Assembly (NCBI GenBank): GCA_031361545.1
Contig: JANLRG010000511.1
Span: 91-64,090 of the forward strand
Source of the DNA: Bacteroidota bacterium
Lineage (GTDB): Bacteria; Bacteroidota; Bacteroidia; AKYH767-A; 2013-40CM-41-45
Reading direction: 5' to 3'
DNA: 64,000 nucleotides
In this document: in pieces, positions 19,867 to 31,320 of the stretch
How the letters are laid out: each line of letters starts with the position of its first letter
How positions within the stretch are numbered: the first letter of the stretch is position 1
The notes under the pieces: generated by a model
What the model was told of the DNA's origin: nothing
The model's input: only the letters and a program-made list of their open reading frames with translations
Databases searched by the model: none
Program-made: the position numbers and the translations under genes

Positions 19867-20649
19867 ATGACCAATTCAACGTCGTACAAATTAGTTGAGA
19901 AAAGATCATTCCGCAAAATTTGCAGAATTTTCTTTCAATTCTTTTTAGGAGATACGCTGAACTCTTTTATTCTTCTACTTAAGAAAAATAGAAAGTATCA
20001 CTTCGATAATTCAAAATATATCGGGATAAATCTAGGGAGCAGTACAGATAATCCACCACGGTGGATTGGCTTGAGTGGCGGCGTCACAATATTTTTTGTG
20101 AATCTTCCAAAGTTTCTTCTTTACCTAGCTTTCCCTTTTTCTTTGAGAAGTAAAAAACAATCCTTCAGTGATTTTTATAAGGAAGTTAAAACAGGAAAAG
20201 TGATTCATCACAATTTGTTTTATGGAATTCCTTTTAAGAATGATACTGTACAAAATGTTTTCTCCAGTCATTTTGTTGAACATCTAACTTATGATTCTGC
20301 TCGCTTCTTATTGGCGGAATCGTTTCGTGTTCTTCAACCAGGCGGATTCATTCGGATTTTAGTTCCATCACTTCAAAGTGAAGTAGAGAAAATGAAACAG
20401 GCTATTGAAGAGTTTGAAAAAGGAAACAACCAAGCAATCCAGACGTTCGTTACTGAACCTTATCAGGATTTGATGGACTCCTTCAGTCATCACCATTTTA
20501 TGTATGATGGACCAGCTCTTCAAAAAATTATTTCTGAAGTGGGATTCTCAGAAGTAGAAATTAAACAACTTGGAGAAGGAAAATTTCCTGATTTAAATTT
20601 GCTTGAAAAAAGAAAAAGCGTAATTGTTGAAGCGAAAAAACCTTTATAA
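19867..20649 (+). CDS. class I SAM-dependent methyltransferase-like protein (Methyltransf_11-like, degenerate motif I) inserted between nrdB and nrdA
   Basis: Motif II/III-like IPFKNDTVQNVFSSHFVEHL and post-motif LLAESFRVLQPGGFIRI. Motif I is non-canonical (GINLGSS). Confidence 0.45.
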   Translation: MTNSTSYKLVEKRSFRKICRIFFQFFLGDTLNSFILLLKKNRKYHFDNSKYIGINLGSSTDNPPRWIGLSGGVTIFFVNLPKFLLYLAFPFSLRSKKQSFSDFYKEVKTGKVIHHNLFYGIPFKNDTVQNVFSSHFVEHLTYDSARFLLAESFRVLQPGGFIRILVPSLQSEVEKMKQAIEEFEKGNNQAIQTFVTEPYQDLMDSFSHHHFMYDGPALQKIISEVGFSEVEIKQLGEGKFPDLNLLEKRKSVIVEAKKPL

Positions 20650-20707
20650 TTTAATTAGTGAAAGTTAACCAACGTACTTTTCACTTAACACCTAAACAAC
20701 CATTTTT

Positions 20708-23086
20708 ATGTACGTAATCAAAAGAGACGGAAGAAAAGAAACAGTGAAATTTGACAAAGTCACTGCACGCATTGAAAAACTAGCCTACAGCCTTTCTGAA
20801 CATGTGGATACTTTCGCAGTTGCTCAAAAAGTAATTGAAGGTATTTATGATGGAGTAACTTCATCGCAATTAGATAGTCTCGCTGCTGAAATTGCAGCTT
20901 CAATGACTACACGTCACCCTGATTACGCTATTCTTGCCGCTCGTATTGCTGTCAGTAATCTTCACAAAAACACAAAGAAATCTTTCAGCGAAACGATGAA
21001 AGATTTATATGAATACATCGATCCAAAAACTTTAAAGAAAGCTCCGCTATTAGCAGAAGATGTGTTCAATTTAATTTGGAGTAATCGCGATTTACTCGAT
21101 TCAACAATTATTTATGATAGAGATTTCGGCTATGATTATTTTGGATTCAAGACACTAGAGAAATCATATTTACTTAAGTTAAGTGGCAAGATTGCAGAGC
21201 GCCCGCAACACATGCTAATGCGTGTCTCTATCGGTATTCACAAAAATGATATTGAGTCTGCCATAGAAACTTATAATTTTATGAGCGAACGCTGGTTCAC
21301 TCATGCAACTCCCACACTATTTAATGCTGGCACACCAAAGCCTCAGTTGAGTTCTTGTTTTCTTTTGCAAATGGAAGAAGATAGTATTGATGGAATTTAC
21401 AATACACTTAAAAACTGTGCGAAAATTTCTCAGTCTGCTGGTGGTATAGGTTTGAGTATTCATAATATTCGTGCTACTGGGTCTTACATTCGTGGTACCA
21501 ATGGAACATCGAATGGAATTGTTCCGATGCTTCGTGTGTTTAACGATACAGCTCGATATGTTGATCAAGGTGGAGGAAAACGAAAAGGATCATTTGCAAT
21601 TTATCTCGAACCATGGCATGCCGATATTTTCGATTTTCTTGAATTGAAAAAAAATCACGGTAAAGAAGAGATTCGTGCTCGTGATTTATTCTATGCTATG
21701 TGGATTTCTGATTTGTTTATGGAAAGAGTGGAAGCTGATGGCGAATGGAGTTTGTTCTGTCCGAGTGAGGCTCCCGGATTAGCGGATTGCTACGGTGATA
21801 AGTTTCGTGAACTTTATGCTCGTTACGAAGAAGAAGGTCGCGCTCGTAAGACTGTAAAAGCTCAAGAACTTTGGTTTGCAATTTTGGAATCGCAAATTGA
21901 AACAGGAACTCCTTACATGCTTTATAAAGATGCATGCAATGAAAAGAGCAATCAGAAAAATTTGGGAACGATTAAAAGTTCAAATTTGTGTACTGAAATT
22001 GTGGAATACACCGCTAAGGATGAAATTGCTGTTTGTAATTTAGCATCGATAGCTCTTCCGCGATTTGTTATCAACGGAAAATTTGATCACCAAAAATTAT
22101 TTGATATCACTTATGTGATTACAAAAAATTTGAATAAAGTAATTGACATCAATTATTATCCGGTAATAGAAGCAAGAAATAGTAATATGCGTCATCGCCC
22201 AATTGGAATTGGTGTTCAAGGACTCGCAGATGCTTTTATCTTGATGCGCATGCCATTTGATAGCGAAGGAGCTCGTGAATTAAATAAAGAAATTCATGAA
22301 ACGATTTATTATGCTTCAATGACAGCATCGAAAGATCTTGCTAAAAAAGATGGAGCTTACGAAACGTATGAAGGATCGCCGGTTTCTCAAGGAATATTTC
22401 AGTACGATATGTGGAATGTTACTCCAACCGATCGTTGGGAATGGGATGTATTAAAAGAAGAAGTGAAAAAATATGGAGTAAGAAATTCTTTATTGCTCGC
22501 TCCAATGCCAACAGCAAGTACGTCACAGATTTTAGGAAACAACGAATGTTTTGAGCCATACACTTCCAATATTTATTCGAGACGTGTATTAAGTGGAGAA
22601 TTTCCAATTGTGAACAAACATTTGCTAAAAGATTTGGTGAAATTAAATTTGTGGAATGAAAACATGAAAAATAAAATCATCGGCGCAAATGGTTCGGTTC
22701 AAGATATTGATGAGATTCCTGCCGATTTAAAAGAAATCTATAAAACCGTTTGGGAAATTAAGCAGCGAACGATCATTGACATGGCAGCTGATCGTGGTGC
22801 TTATATTTGTCAGAGTCAGTCGTTGAATTTATTTATTCAAGATGCCAATTTTGCCAAACTTACATCAATGCATTTTTATGCTTGGAAGAAAGGATTGAAA
22901 ACTGGAATGTATTATCTAAGAACAAAATCTGCTGCTGATGCAATCAAATTCACCGTAGAGCAATCGTACCTAAAACAACCCGTAATAAATTCATTAGAGT
23001 TATTGGAAGTTGATAAAGAAGAAGCTTTTGCTCAAATGGCTTGCTCGCTTGATAATCCGGAGTCTTGCGAAGCATGTGGTAGCTAA
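20708..23086 (+). CDS. nrdA: class Ia ribonucleotide reductase alpha subunit (R1)
   Basis: ATP-cone ([20 protein letters not shown]). Catalytic Cys region (NLCTEIV). C-terminal CxxC thiol pair (CEACGS). Confidence 0.9.
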   Translation: MYVIKRDGRKETVKFDKVTARIEKLAYSLSEHVDTFAVAQKVIEGIYDGVTSSQLDSLAAEIAASMTTRHPDYAILAARIAVSNLHKNTKKSFSETMKDLYEYIDPKTLKKAPLLAEDVFNLIWSNRDLLDSTIIYDRDFGYDYFGFKTLEKSYLLKLSGKIAERPQHMLMRVSIGIHKNDIESAIETYNFMSERWFTHATPTLFNAGTPKPQLSSCFLLQMEEDSIDGIYNTLKNCAKISQSAGGIGLSIHNIRATGSYIRGTNGTSNGIVPMLRVFNDTARYVDQGGGKRKGSFAIYLEPWHADIFDFLELKKNHGKEEIRARDLFYAMWISDLFMERVEADGEWSLFCPSEAPGLADCYGDKFRELYARYEEEGRARKTVKAQELWFAILESQIETGTPYMLYKDACNEKSNQKNLGTIKSSNLCTEIVEYTAKDEIAVCNLASIALPRFVINGKFDHQKLFDITYVITKNLNKVIDINYYPVIEARNSNMRHRPIGIGVQGLADAFILMRMPFDSEGARELNKEIHETIYYASMTASKDLAKKDGAYETYEGSPVSQGIFQYDMWNVTPTDRWEWDVLKEEVKKYGVRNSLLLAPMPTASTSQILGNNECFEPYTSNIYSRRVLSGEFPIVNKHLLKDLVKLNLWNENMKNKIIGANGSVQDIDEIPADLKEIYKTVWEIKQRTIIDMAADRGAYICQSQSLNLFIQDANFAKLTSMHFYAWKKGLKTGMYYLRTKSAADAIKFTVEQSYLKQPVINSLELLEVDKEEAFAQMACSLDNPESCEACGS

Positions 23087-23114
23087 AAATATATGCTTTT
23101 GTACATAGTGCAAG

Positions 23115-23146
23115 CCCTTTCGTTCATCTAACGGGAGGGTTTTTTA
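23115..23146 (+). terminator. rho-independent terminator after nrdA
   Basis: CCCTTTCG-loop-CGGGAGGG hairpin followed by TTTTTT. Confidence 0.6.
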
Positions 23147-23556
23147 ATTGATCTTCATTTTATGTTAAACCATTTTTCTTTGATAACAAGAACTCTTTAA
23201 AATATTTCCTCTTCATTATTTTTGTGGATTTAATTGAACGTTCATTTATCAACTTTCATTGGTTGCTTTTTAATCGAAGTTCTAAGGGCGTGATTTCTGA
23301 ATTTACAATCATTAATAATGTCTGTTTCCATCAACTTGTCAATGTTAATAATATAGTTTTAGGTTATCCAATCGCTAAAAGATGTACCCTAATTTCGTTT
23401 ACTATTAATAAGTTTCATAAAACCAGATTTCCGCTCATCGATGATTGAGTTAGTTGTCTGAATAATAGTTTCTGTTCCGAATGTTTCAACAATTCCTTCA
23501 CCTGATAGCACTACGATAAATGGGACTAGAACAATTTCCATAGTAAACACACAAAA

Positions 23557-25725
23557 ATGAAAACAATTCAATTAATTTTTTCATGGCTAGTCATTTTATG
23601 CATGGGTTTTATTATCAACTCATGCAAATTAATTGATAAAGCCAATATGAAATATCATGATCTCGCATATTCGCAAGCAATACCTATTTATAAAAAGGTA
23701 CTTGCAAAAGACTCTACGAATTTTGACGCGTGGTCAAAATTTGGTGATTGTTACAAAGCAAATAATCAAACACTTCTGGCAGAAGAATGCTATGCGAAAG
23801 TTGCACAATCTCCGAATTCTAAAAACATTAATAAATTAAATTATGCGGAGATGTTGATGGGAAATCAAAAATATCAGGAAGCATTGAATTGGATGACTCT
23901 TTACTCAAAGAATGAAGCAGAAGACCAAAGAGCCAAAGACCGATTAGCCGGCCTCAATCATATTGAAAGTTTTTTTACGGAGAAGGATAATTACAAGATA
24001 AAAAAATTGAATATCAATACTTCTGAAGCAGATTTTGGTCCAGCTTTTTACAAAGAAGGAATTGTTTTTACCTCGTCTGGGTACGATTCAAAATCTAAAA
24101 CAGGAAAACACAGTTGGACTGGAAAAAAATATTATTCATTATTTTATGCTATTGGAAAAGATACAACTTTCAAAGCGCCGGTAACTTTTTTGGAGGGGAT
24201 AGAAGGGAAGTATAATAATTCATCTTTATGCTTCAATCGACAAGGAACCGAAATGATTCTTACCAGAAACAGTACTGATAAGAAAATTAGGGAGAAGGAT
24301 GAGGGCCTCGTTTTTAAATTGAAACTGTATTTTTCGTATTTGGTAAACGGTAAATGGTCAGAGGTTGTTCCTTTTCAATACAACAGTGACGAATATTCAT
24401 GTGCCCATGCCGCTCTCAATAAAGATGGCAGTAAATTATATTTTTCATCTGATATGCCTGGAACTTATGGTGGGATGGATTTATGGGTTAGCAATCGCAC
24501 AAGTAACGGTTGGGACATCCCTAAAAATTTAGGTTCAACAATTAATACATTGGGAAATGAAGTTTTTCCCTCTGTAGCAGATAATGGAACTGTTTATTTT
24601 TCTTCCAATGGCCATGAAGGTATTGGTGGGTTAGATCTTTATTCTACTATAGACTCTGCTCAAGGTTTTTCTCGTCCTATAAACTTAGGCGCACCATTCA
24701 ATAGTTCTGATGATGACTTTGGACTGATTTACGATAGCACTCAAACAAAAGGATACTTTAGTTCTAATAGAACTCACCAAGGTTATAATGATGATATATT
24801 TTGTATTCAGAAATTCTCTGTCAAATTAAAAGGGTTAGTCGCTGATAAAAATACCAATCAGCTTTTGGCAGCAGCCAATATTCGTATCGTTCAGGATGAT
24901 GTTGATGCTGCAAATAAACAAACAGATATTGATGGTTCATTTACCTCTAATCTTTTACCCAATAAAAACTATTTGATCATTACCGAAAAAGAAAAATATC
25001 AACCCGACACGCTCAGATTATTAGCGTCAGAAATTAAATCTTCGGGCGATTCTATGACAGTTCAAATTGGATTGAATAATAATATTGCTATAATTGGAAA
25101 AATTACGAATGAAGCAGTCGGATCTTCAATTGAAAATTCTCCCGTTCTGTTAATTGATAGAGATAGAAATGATACTTTAAAAACTTCTTCTGATAAAGAG
25201 GGGAATTATAAATTTGATAAATTGCGTCGTGACACTCGTTACAGAATATTTGCTGATGGAACACTTTGCGATTCAAAAACTATTGACACTTCTACTAATT
25301 CAATTTCAGGAAATAACACTTTGCATATAGATCTGGCTCTTTATTGTCTGACTGCAAATATGATTTTGAAAAACATTTATTATGATCTCGATAAAGCAAA
25401 CATTCGTCCTGATGCTGCAAAAGAACTTGATAAATTGGTGGCCTTACTAAAAAAATATCCTAGCATTAAAATTGAACTCGGTTCTCATACCGATTGCAGA
25501 GCTTCTGTCGCTTATAATTTAGGTTTGTCAAAACGAAGAGCAGAAGCTGCGGTTTATTATTTGGAAAAGAATGGGATTAGTAGAAGAAGATTAATTGCAA
25601 TTGGTTATGGAGAAAGTAAACCTGTCAATAAGTGCGAATGTGAAGGCAACCAATTTGTAGTTTGTACAGAAGAGGAACATCAACTCAATAGAAGAACTGA
25701 AATTAAAATTATTTCAATTGAGTAG
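23557..25725 (+). CDS. OmpA-family protein with TPR, WD40/TolB-like beta-propeller and a C-terminal OmpA peptidoglycan-binding domain
   Basis: C-terminal OmpA domain (NIYYDLDKANIRPD ... LSKRRAEAAVYYL ... NRRTEIKI). Tandem propeller blades with the DLW/DLY pattern. It ends with a TAG stop. Confidence 0.8.
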   Translation: MKTIQLIFSWLVILCMGFIINSCKLIDKANMKYHDLAYSQAIPIYKKVLAKDSTNFDAWSKFGDCYKANNQTLLAEECYAKVAQSPNSKNINKLNYAEMLMGNQKYQEALNWMTLYSKNEAEDQRAKDRLAGLNHIESFFTEKDNYKIKKLNINTSEADFGPAFYKEGIVFTSSGYDSKSKTGKHSWTGKKYYSLFYAIGKDTTFKAPVTFLEGIEGKYNNSSLCFNRQGTEMILTRNSTDKKIREKDEGLVFKLKLYFSYLVNGKWSEVVPFQYNSDEYSCAHAALNKDGSKLYFSSDMPGTYGGMDLWVSNRTSNGWDIPKNLGSTINTLGNEVFPSVADNGTVYFSSNGHEGIGGLDLYSTIDSAQGFSRPINLGAPFNSSDDDFGLIYDSTQTKGYFSSNRTHQGYNDDIFCIQKFSVKLKGLVADKNTNQLLAAANIRIVQDDVDAANKQTDIDGSFTSNLLPNKNYLIITEKEKYQPDTLRLLASEIKSSGDSMTVQIGLNNNIAIIGKITNEAVGSSIENSPVLLIDRDRNDTLKTSSDKEGNYKFDKLRRDTRYRIFADGTLCDSKTIDTSTNSISGNNTLHIDLALYCLTANMILKNIYYDLDKANIRPDAAKELDKLVALLKKYPSIKIELGSHTDCRASVAYNLGLSKRRAEAAVYYLEKNGISRRRLIAIGYGESKPVNKCECEGNQFVVCTEEEHQLNRRTEIKIISIE

Positions 25726-25772
25726 TAGAAGAATTGATATTATCATTACAACTCAAAGTGAATAGTAATTGA

Positions 25773-25811
25773 AACGGGGAAATTGAATTTATTCAGTTCC
25801 CCGTTTTTTTA
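25773..25811 (+). terminator. rho-independent terminator
   Basis: AACGGGGA ... TCCCCGTT perfect stem followed by T7. Confidence 0.75.
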
Positions 25812-25936
25812 TTATTAATAGTTTAAAAAGATGTGAATCGAATTAATTCGGGATGAAAGATGAATTATCATAATTGTTTTTTCTATGTTTCCCGATTATT
25901 TCTAATTTGGTATTTCACAAGTTAAATTATGCAATT

Positions 25937-27547
25937 ATGAAAAGAATATTTACTATCTCATTATTGATTCTGTTAATCAATACTTACCAATCATTTTCTC
26001 AAACTTATCATCCTTTTAATGTAACGGCGTACGATTCTGTGCAATCAACTGGATATTATTTTTTCTGCCCCTATCGTCTATCCGCTTATCCGACATTTCC
26101 TTCCGGTAGTCAACATCAAATGATTCTTGATCACAAAGGCAATGTTGTGTACTATAGAAGTGTTGCAGGATCTTTTGCCGGTGATTTTAAATTGCAACCC
26201 AATGGACAAATTTCATATTGTGGTAGAAATAATTTTTTCCTGATGGATAGCTCTTTTACTGTAGTCGATTCTGTTACTACAAAAAATGGTGTGATGTTGG
26301 ACATTCATGATTTGCAAATTCTTCCCAATGGTCACTATTTAATTTTAGGAAATGAAGACGTACAACGAGATATGAGTAGTTATCCGATTTTCCTCCATAA
26401 CAATACTGTCGGAAGTGTAAATGCTGTAATCACTGCTTATGTAATTCAGGAATTGGATGCTGCGAAAAATGTTGTTTTCGAATGGCACTCCATCGATCAT
26501 TATGGTTTGGATGATGCCGATGATTTTTGGTTAACGGATACCGCACGAGTGGATTGGACTCATGTGAATTCAATAGAGATGGATTTTGACGGAAACTTTT
26601 TAGTGTCTAGCAGACACTTTGATGAGATTACTAAAATTAGTAGAGCCGATAGTTCTATCATTTGGCGAATGGGAGGGAAGAGAAATCAATTTACATTTAT
26701 AGGCGATAGCCTTCAATTTCTTTCGCAACATGATAGTCGCCGATTGGCCAACGGAAATTTATCGCTGTTCGACAACGGAAGACCATTGAATCCTATGCAT
26801 TATGCAGCAGCTAAAGAGTATACTCTTGATGAAATAAATTTAACTGCAACCTTGGTATGGAGTCATAATGAAGGAACAAATCAGTGGAGTCGCTCACAAG
26901 GTAATGCACAGAGGTTGCAAAATTCCAATACATTGATTAGCTACGGAAATTTACTTCCGACGCCAATCGTATTCAATGTAGTGGATTCATTGCAAAATAA
27001 AATTTTCGAAGTTCAATTTCCAGATTCTCTTATTTCATACAGAAGTTTTAATTTTAATTCTTTACCATGGAGCTTGAACAGACCACAAATTACTTGTTCA
27101 ATTGTCGGCGGACAACATTTTCTAGTTGCTGAAAGCGGCCACTCAAAATATATTTGGTCCACAGGTGATAGCACACAAAGCATTCCTGTTTCAACCACGG
27201 GCGATTTTCACGTTTTTGTTCCAATTGGTGATAGCGGATTTATTTCATCAGAAATTCTATCTGTAGCCGACACCTCTGACCCTTGCGGATTAATTAACTA
27301 CGTAAATATTGTAAGTGATAATAGTTTCCTGCTCTATCCAAATCCTGCTGAGAATACAATCAATATCACTAATAAAAATAAAGTTGAAGCAGTCTATGAA
27401 ATTTGGGATGTCGTTGGACGAAAAGTTAAAACTGGAAAATTGTCTGAGAATGAAAAATCAGAAATTGATGTAAGCAAACTTTCAAGTGGTGTTTACTTCT
27501 TCCGATTAGAAAATAAATTAAGCAAATTCATTATTCGAAGACAATAA
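25937..27547 (+). CDS. secreted beta-propeller protein, arylsulfotransferase (ASST)-like, with T9SS C-terminal sorting domain
   Basis: Signal peptide (MKRIFTISLLILL). ASST-like blades (HDLQILPNGHYLILGNE; WTHVNSIEMDFDGNFLVSSR; RLANGNLSLFDNG). C-terminal Por_Secre_tail (GVYFFRLEN). The start is moved to an internal ATG with a signal peptide. Confidence 0.5.
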   Translation: MKRIFTISLLILLINTYQSFSQTYHPFNVTAYDSVQSTGYYFFCPYRLSAYPTFPSGSQHQMILDHKGNVVYYRSVAGSFAGDFKLQPNGQISYCGRNNFFLMDSSFTVVDSVTTKNGVMLDIHDLQILPNGHYLILGNEDVQRDMSSYPIFLHNNTVGSVNAVITAYVIQELDAAKNVVFEWHSIDHYGLDDADDFWLTDTARVDWTHVNSIEMDFDGNFLVSSRHFDEITKISRADSSIIWRMGGKRNQFTFIGDSLQFLSQHDSRRLANGNLSLFDNGRPLNPMHYAAAKEYTLDEINLTATLVWSHNEGTNQWSRSQGNAQRLQNSNTLISYGNLLPTPIVFNVVDSLQNKIFEVQFPDSLISYRSFNFNSLPWSLNRPQITCSIVGGQHFLVAESGHSKYIWSTGDSTQSIPVSTTGDFHVFVPIGDSGFISSEILSVADTSDPCGLINYVNIVSDNSFLLYPNPAENTINITNKNKVEAVYEIWDVVGRKVKTGKLSENEKSEIDVSKLSSGVYFFRLENKLSKFIIRRQ

Positions 27548-27568
27548 TAATATTTCTTAAAATTAAAA

Positions 27569-27606
27569 AAGTGCGCATTCTATCTTTGGATTGCGCACTT
27601 TTTTTT
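27569..27606 (+). terminator. rho-independent terminator
   Basis: AAGTGCGCA ... TGCGCACTT stem followed by T8. Confidence 0.75.
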
Positions 27607-27647
27607 AAAAGTATATTTCGATAATTATTTTGTTACTCGTAATCCTT

Positions 27648-27880
27648 TTTCAATTCTCAATTCTCAACTGTCCTAAATTATCAATCTTCAATAATTAATC
27701 CTCAATTCTCAATCTTCAATCCTCAATCTTCAATTATCCTCAATCCTCAATCCTCAATCTTCAATTATCCTCAATCCTCAATTCTCAATCTTCAATCTTC
27801 AGTTATTCTCAATCCTCAATTCTCAATCTTCAATCTTCAGTTATTCTCAATCCTCAATTTTCAATTTTCAATCTTCTCAT
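27648..27880. repeat. family A intergenic repeat: about 30 tandem degenerate heptads (TCCTCAA / TCTCAAT / TCTTCAA) with a higher-order unit of about 38 bp
   Basis: Direct reading. For example, TTCAATCTTCAGTTATTCTCAATCCTCAATTCTCAATC occurs twice in tandem. The array overlaps the last few codons of the HNH gene. Confidence 0.85.
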
Positions 27881-28428
27881 ATCTCTACATGTCCCCAATT
27901 CTGGCCAGATTTAATTCTGTACAATTGCATTTCACTAATACCAAATTTGTAAGCAACATCTTTCAAAAGAATTCTTCTATTTTCTTTCGAAATTATTTTT
28001 TTGATTTGACGAACTCGAGCAATGGAAAGCTTCTGACCTTTTACTTTTATTTTTTTACGATAAGCAAGTACTTCCGGATTCTTGTTTTGATGCTCTTCTA
28101 CTTCTGCTTTGGTAGCCCAACTTAAATTACTGACTTTGTTATTTAGTTTGTCGAAGTTGTGATGAATAATGAAGTCTTGATTCCGCTTCGTTTTTTTTAT
28201 AAACATTTGTCCTACCAATTTGTGAACGTAATACTGATAATCATGGTCAGCAACTTTTACTTTTAAAACTAAATAACCATTGACATTTGTTCCCCTCAAA
28301 TTTTTTCTCTCTTCTAAGGATTCTTTAAAACTACAAATGCGACCTCTGTTCGAAATACCATATCGGGTTCGCTGATTCTTAGGATCTATTCGAATTTCTT
28401 TCCACTCTTCTGAAGTTATCTTGACCAT
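27877..28428 (-). CDS. free-standing HNH homing-endonuclease-like protein (NUMOD4 + HNH_3 + C-terminal HTH)
   Basis: NUMOD4-like EEWKEI ... YGISNRGRICS. HNH_3 core IHHNFDKLNNKVSNLSWAT. C-terminal HTH-like AYKFGISEMQLYRIKSG. Phage-type module with no phage neighbours. Confidence 0.7.
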   Translation of the reverse strand: MVKITSEEWKEIRIDPKNQRTRYGISNRGRICSFKESLEERKNLRGTNVNGYLVLKVKVADHDYQYYVHKLVGQMFIKKTKRNQDFIIHHNFDKLNNKVSNLSWATKAEVEEHQNKNPEVLAYRKKIKVKGQKLSIARVRQIKKIISKENRRILLKDVAYKFGISEMQLYRIKSGQNWGHVEI

Positions 28429-28664
28429 TTTTACTGCTATTGGAGTTAGTAGTTGGTAATTTTTAAGCCTTAAAGAGATATACTAATTTCCTTTCCAATC
28501 AGATTGTCGAATGTTTAGATATTATTGGATTCATGATAATTAATCTTTGAAAAACCACCTTAGCAATATACATTTGCCATTATTAAAACCAATCGCCTTC
28601 CAATTTGTTCAAGAATTGGAATTAGTCGAAAAACCACTCTTTAGATCATAATTCTACTCTTAAT

Positions 28665-29351
28665 ATGATTGAATCTCTCAAAGTATTTTACACCTCTGTT
28701 GGTCGTAAACTTGTCATGGCCTTGACCGGATTGTTCCTCTGTACTTTCCTATTGGAACACCTCTATGGAAACCTTCTTCTCTATAAATTAGATGGCGGAA
28801 AAGCTTTCAATGAATACTCCGAATTTATGGCGGGCAATATGCTTATTAGAACAATCGAATTCGGACTGTTTGGTGGTTTTATAATCCATATTCTCGATGC
28901 TCTTTTTATTACGATGTCAAATAAAAAAGCTAGACCTGTTTCTTACGCTGTCAATCATCAATCAAAAAATAGTACTTGGTTCAGTAGGAACATGGGACTT
29001 ACAGGTTCTATCATTCTCTTCTTCCTCATTGTCCATTTACGTACGTTCTTTTTTCCGCATCGCTTTGGGGCACCAGATACTTCCATGAGCTATGATGTTG
29101 CCAATGCTTTTCAAACCAATTGGTATGCAGCACTTTATTTGATTGCAATGGTTATTCTTGGCGCCCATTTAAATCATGGTTTCCAATCTGCCTTCCAAAC
29201 TGTTGGCGCCAACAACCAAAAATTCAGAAAGTCTTTGAAATCGTTCGGTACAGGTTTCGCCCTACTCATTATGATTGGATTCGCTTCCTTTCCAATTATC
29301 TTCTACTTCAACTTGTTTGATGCCGCAACCAATATGGGTATCGCTAAATAA
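28665..29351 (+). CDS. sdhC: succinate dehydrogenase/fumarate reductase cytochrome b subunit (b558 family)
   Basis: Five TM helices with conserved His. It is immediately upstream of the flavoprotein and Fe-S subunits. Confidence 0.8.
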   Translation: MIESLKVFYTSVGRKLVMALTGLFLCTFLLEHLYGNLLLYKLDGGKAFNEYSEFMAGNMLIRTIEFGLFGGFIIHILDALFITMSNKKARPVSYAVNHQSKNSTWFSRNMGLTGSIILFFLIVHLRTFFFPHRFGAPDTSMSYDVANAFQTNWYAALYLIAMVILGAHLNHGFQSAFQTVGANNQKFRKSLKSFGTGFALLIMIGFASFPIIFYFNLFDAATNMGIAK

Positions 29352-29395
29352 TATAAATATTTGTCGCTCCGCGGCTTCACTATAAAGTCTGTTAC

Positions 29396-31318
29396 ATGAT
29401 GAGTAAACTTAACTCCAGAATTCCAGAAGGGCCCCTCGAAAAAAAGTGGGATCAATACAAATCTAAAGTTCGGTTGGTGAATCCGGCAAACAAACGACGC
29501 ATCGAAATAATCGTCGTTGGATCGGGATTAGCCGGCGGTGCTGCCGCTGCAAGTTTAGCGGAACTTGGATATTCTGTAAAATGTTTTTGTTTTCAAGACA
29601 GTCCTCGTCGTGCGCATAGCATAGCAGCTCAAGGTGGAATCAATGCTGCAAAAAACTATTCAAATGATGGTGATAGCGTTTACCGATTATTTTATGATAC
29701 CGTAAAAGGCGGAGACTATAGAGCACGTGAAGCAAATGTTTATCGATTGGCCGAAATTTCTACTTCCATCATTGACCAATGTGTTGCACAAGGTGTTCCA
29801 TTCGCTCGTGAATATGGCGGACTATTAGATAACCGTTCATTCGGCGGTGTTCAAGTCTCTCGAACTTTTTATGCTCGAGGACAAACTGGTCAGCAACTAT
29901 TACTTGGAGCCTACAGTGCCATGTCTCGTCAGATTGCTAAAGGAAATTTGAAAATGTATAACCGTCACGAGATGGTTGAAGTAGTAAAGATTGATGGAAA
30001 AGCTCGCGGTATCATCGCAAGAAATTTAGTGACAGGTGAAATTGAAAGACACTTTGGTCATGCAGTTGTTCTTGCATCTGGAGGCTATGGAAATGTATTT
30101 TACCTTTCAACAAACGCAATGGGTAGCAATGTAACAGCTGCATGGAAAGCTCATAAACAAGGGGCGTATTTTGGAAATCCTTGCTTTACACAAATTCACC
30201 CAACTTGTATTCCAGTGAGTGGAGAATATCAGTCAAAGCTAACTTTGATGAGTGAAAGTTTGCGTAACGATGGACGTGTTTGGGTTCCAAAAGCTAAAGG
30301 CGATAAACGTAAGCCGGAAGAAATTAAAGAAGAGGAAAGAGATTATTATTTGGAACGTCGATATCCTGCATTCGGAAATTTAGTTCCACGCGATGTAGCT
30401 TCAAGAGCTGCTAAACAAGTGTGCGACGATAGTCAAGGTGTCGGTCCGAGTGGACTAGCGGTCTATTTAGATTTCCGTGATGCAATCAATCGTCTTGGAC
30501 GCGATGTAATCAGTGAACGTTATGGGAATCTTTTTGAGATGTATGAAAAAATTACTGGTGACGATCCTTATAAAACTCCTATGAGAATTTATCCTGCTGT
30601 ACATTATACGATGGGCGGACTGTGGGTAGATTATAACTTGATGACAACTGTTCCTGGTTTATATGCATTGGGAGAATGTAATTTCTCTGATCATGGCGCC
30701 AATCGCTTAGGAGCTTCTGCTTTGATGCAAGGATTAGCTGATGGCTATTTTGTAATTCCTTATACAATTGGCGATTATTTAGCTGATGAAATTAGAGTGC
30801 CTGCTATTCCAACTTCTCACCCTGCTTTTGAAGAAGCAGAAAAAAATGTTGTTGATCGAATTAATAAATTGAAAAATATCAATGGCAAACAAACTGTTGA
30901 AGACCTTCATAAAAAGTTAGGCAAGATCATGTGGGAATATTGTGGAATGGCGAGAAATGCTGAAGGCCTCACAAAAGCTTTGCAAATGATTAGAGATTTG
31001 AAAAAAGAATTCTGGTCTGATGTAAAAGTTCCTGGCGATATCAATGAGTTTAATCCTGAACTTGATAAAGCCGGTCGTGTAGCTGACTTTATTGAATTGG
31101 GTGAATTAATGGTGACGGATGCTTTGATGCGTGAAGAATCATGCGGAGGACATTTTCGTGAAGAGTCGCAAACAGAAGATGGTGAAGCAAAACGTGACGA
31201 TGAAAAATTTGCTTTCGTCGCTGCTTGGGAATTTGCCGGTGAAAACGCTCAACCGATTTTGAATAAAGAAGAACTTGTCTTTGATGAAGTTCATCCAACT
31301 CAGAGATCTTATAAATAG
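29396..31318 (+). CDS. sdhA: succinate dehydrogenase/fumarate reductase flavoprotein subunit
   Basis: FAD-binding [10 protein letters not shown]. Covalent-FAD His region ([13 protein letters not shown]). Fumarate-reductase family C-terminus. Confidence 0.9.
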   Translation: MMSKLNSRIPEGPLEKKWDQYKSKVRLVNPANKRRIEIIVVGSGLAGGAAAASLAELGYSVKCFCFQDSPRRAHSIAAQGGINAAKNYSNDGDSVYRLFYDTVKGGDYRAREANVYRLAEISTSIIDQCVAQGVPFAREYGGLLDNRSFGGVQVSRTFYARGQTGQQLLLGAYSAMSRQIAKGNLKMYNRHEMVEVVKIDGKARGIIARNLVTGEIERHFGHAVVLASGGYGNVFYLSTNAMGSNVTAAWKAHKQGAYFGNPCFTQIHPTCIPVSGEYQSKLTLMSESLRNDGRVWVPKAKGDKRKPEEIKEEERDYYLERRYPAFGNLVPRDVASRAAKQVCDDSQGVGPSGLAVYLDFRDAINRLGRDVISERYGNLFEMYEKITGDDPYKTPMRIYPAVHYTMGGLWVDYNLMTTVPGLYALGECNFSDHGANRLGASALMQGLADGYFVIPYTIGDYLADEIRVPAIPTSHPAFEEAEKNVVDRINKLKNINGKQTVEDLHKKLGKIMWEYCGMARNAEGLTKALQMIRDLKKEFWSDVKVPGDINEFNPELDKAGRVADFIELGELMVTDALMREESCGGHFREESQTEDGEAKRDDEKFAFVAAWEFAGENAQPILNKEELVFDEVHPTQRSYK

Positions 31319-31320
31319 GC

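Noticed and set aside
23224-23571. 74- and 60-aa ORFs between nrdA and the OmpA-family gene
   Set aside because: Low-complexity, mutually overlapping on opposite strands, with no motifs. They sit in a region containing the nrdA terminator and the next gene's promoter.
27648-27880. CRISPR array
   Set aside because: Repeat units are 7 nt, degenerate and contiguous, with no unique spacers of about 30 nt and no cas genes. This is a tandem-repeat or REP-like element, not CRISPR.
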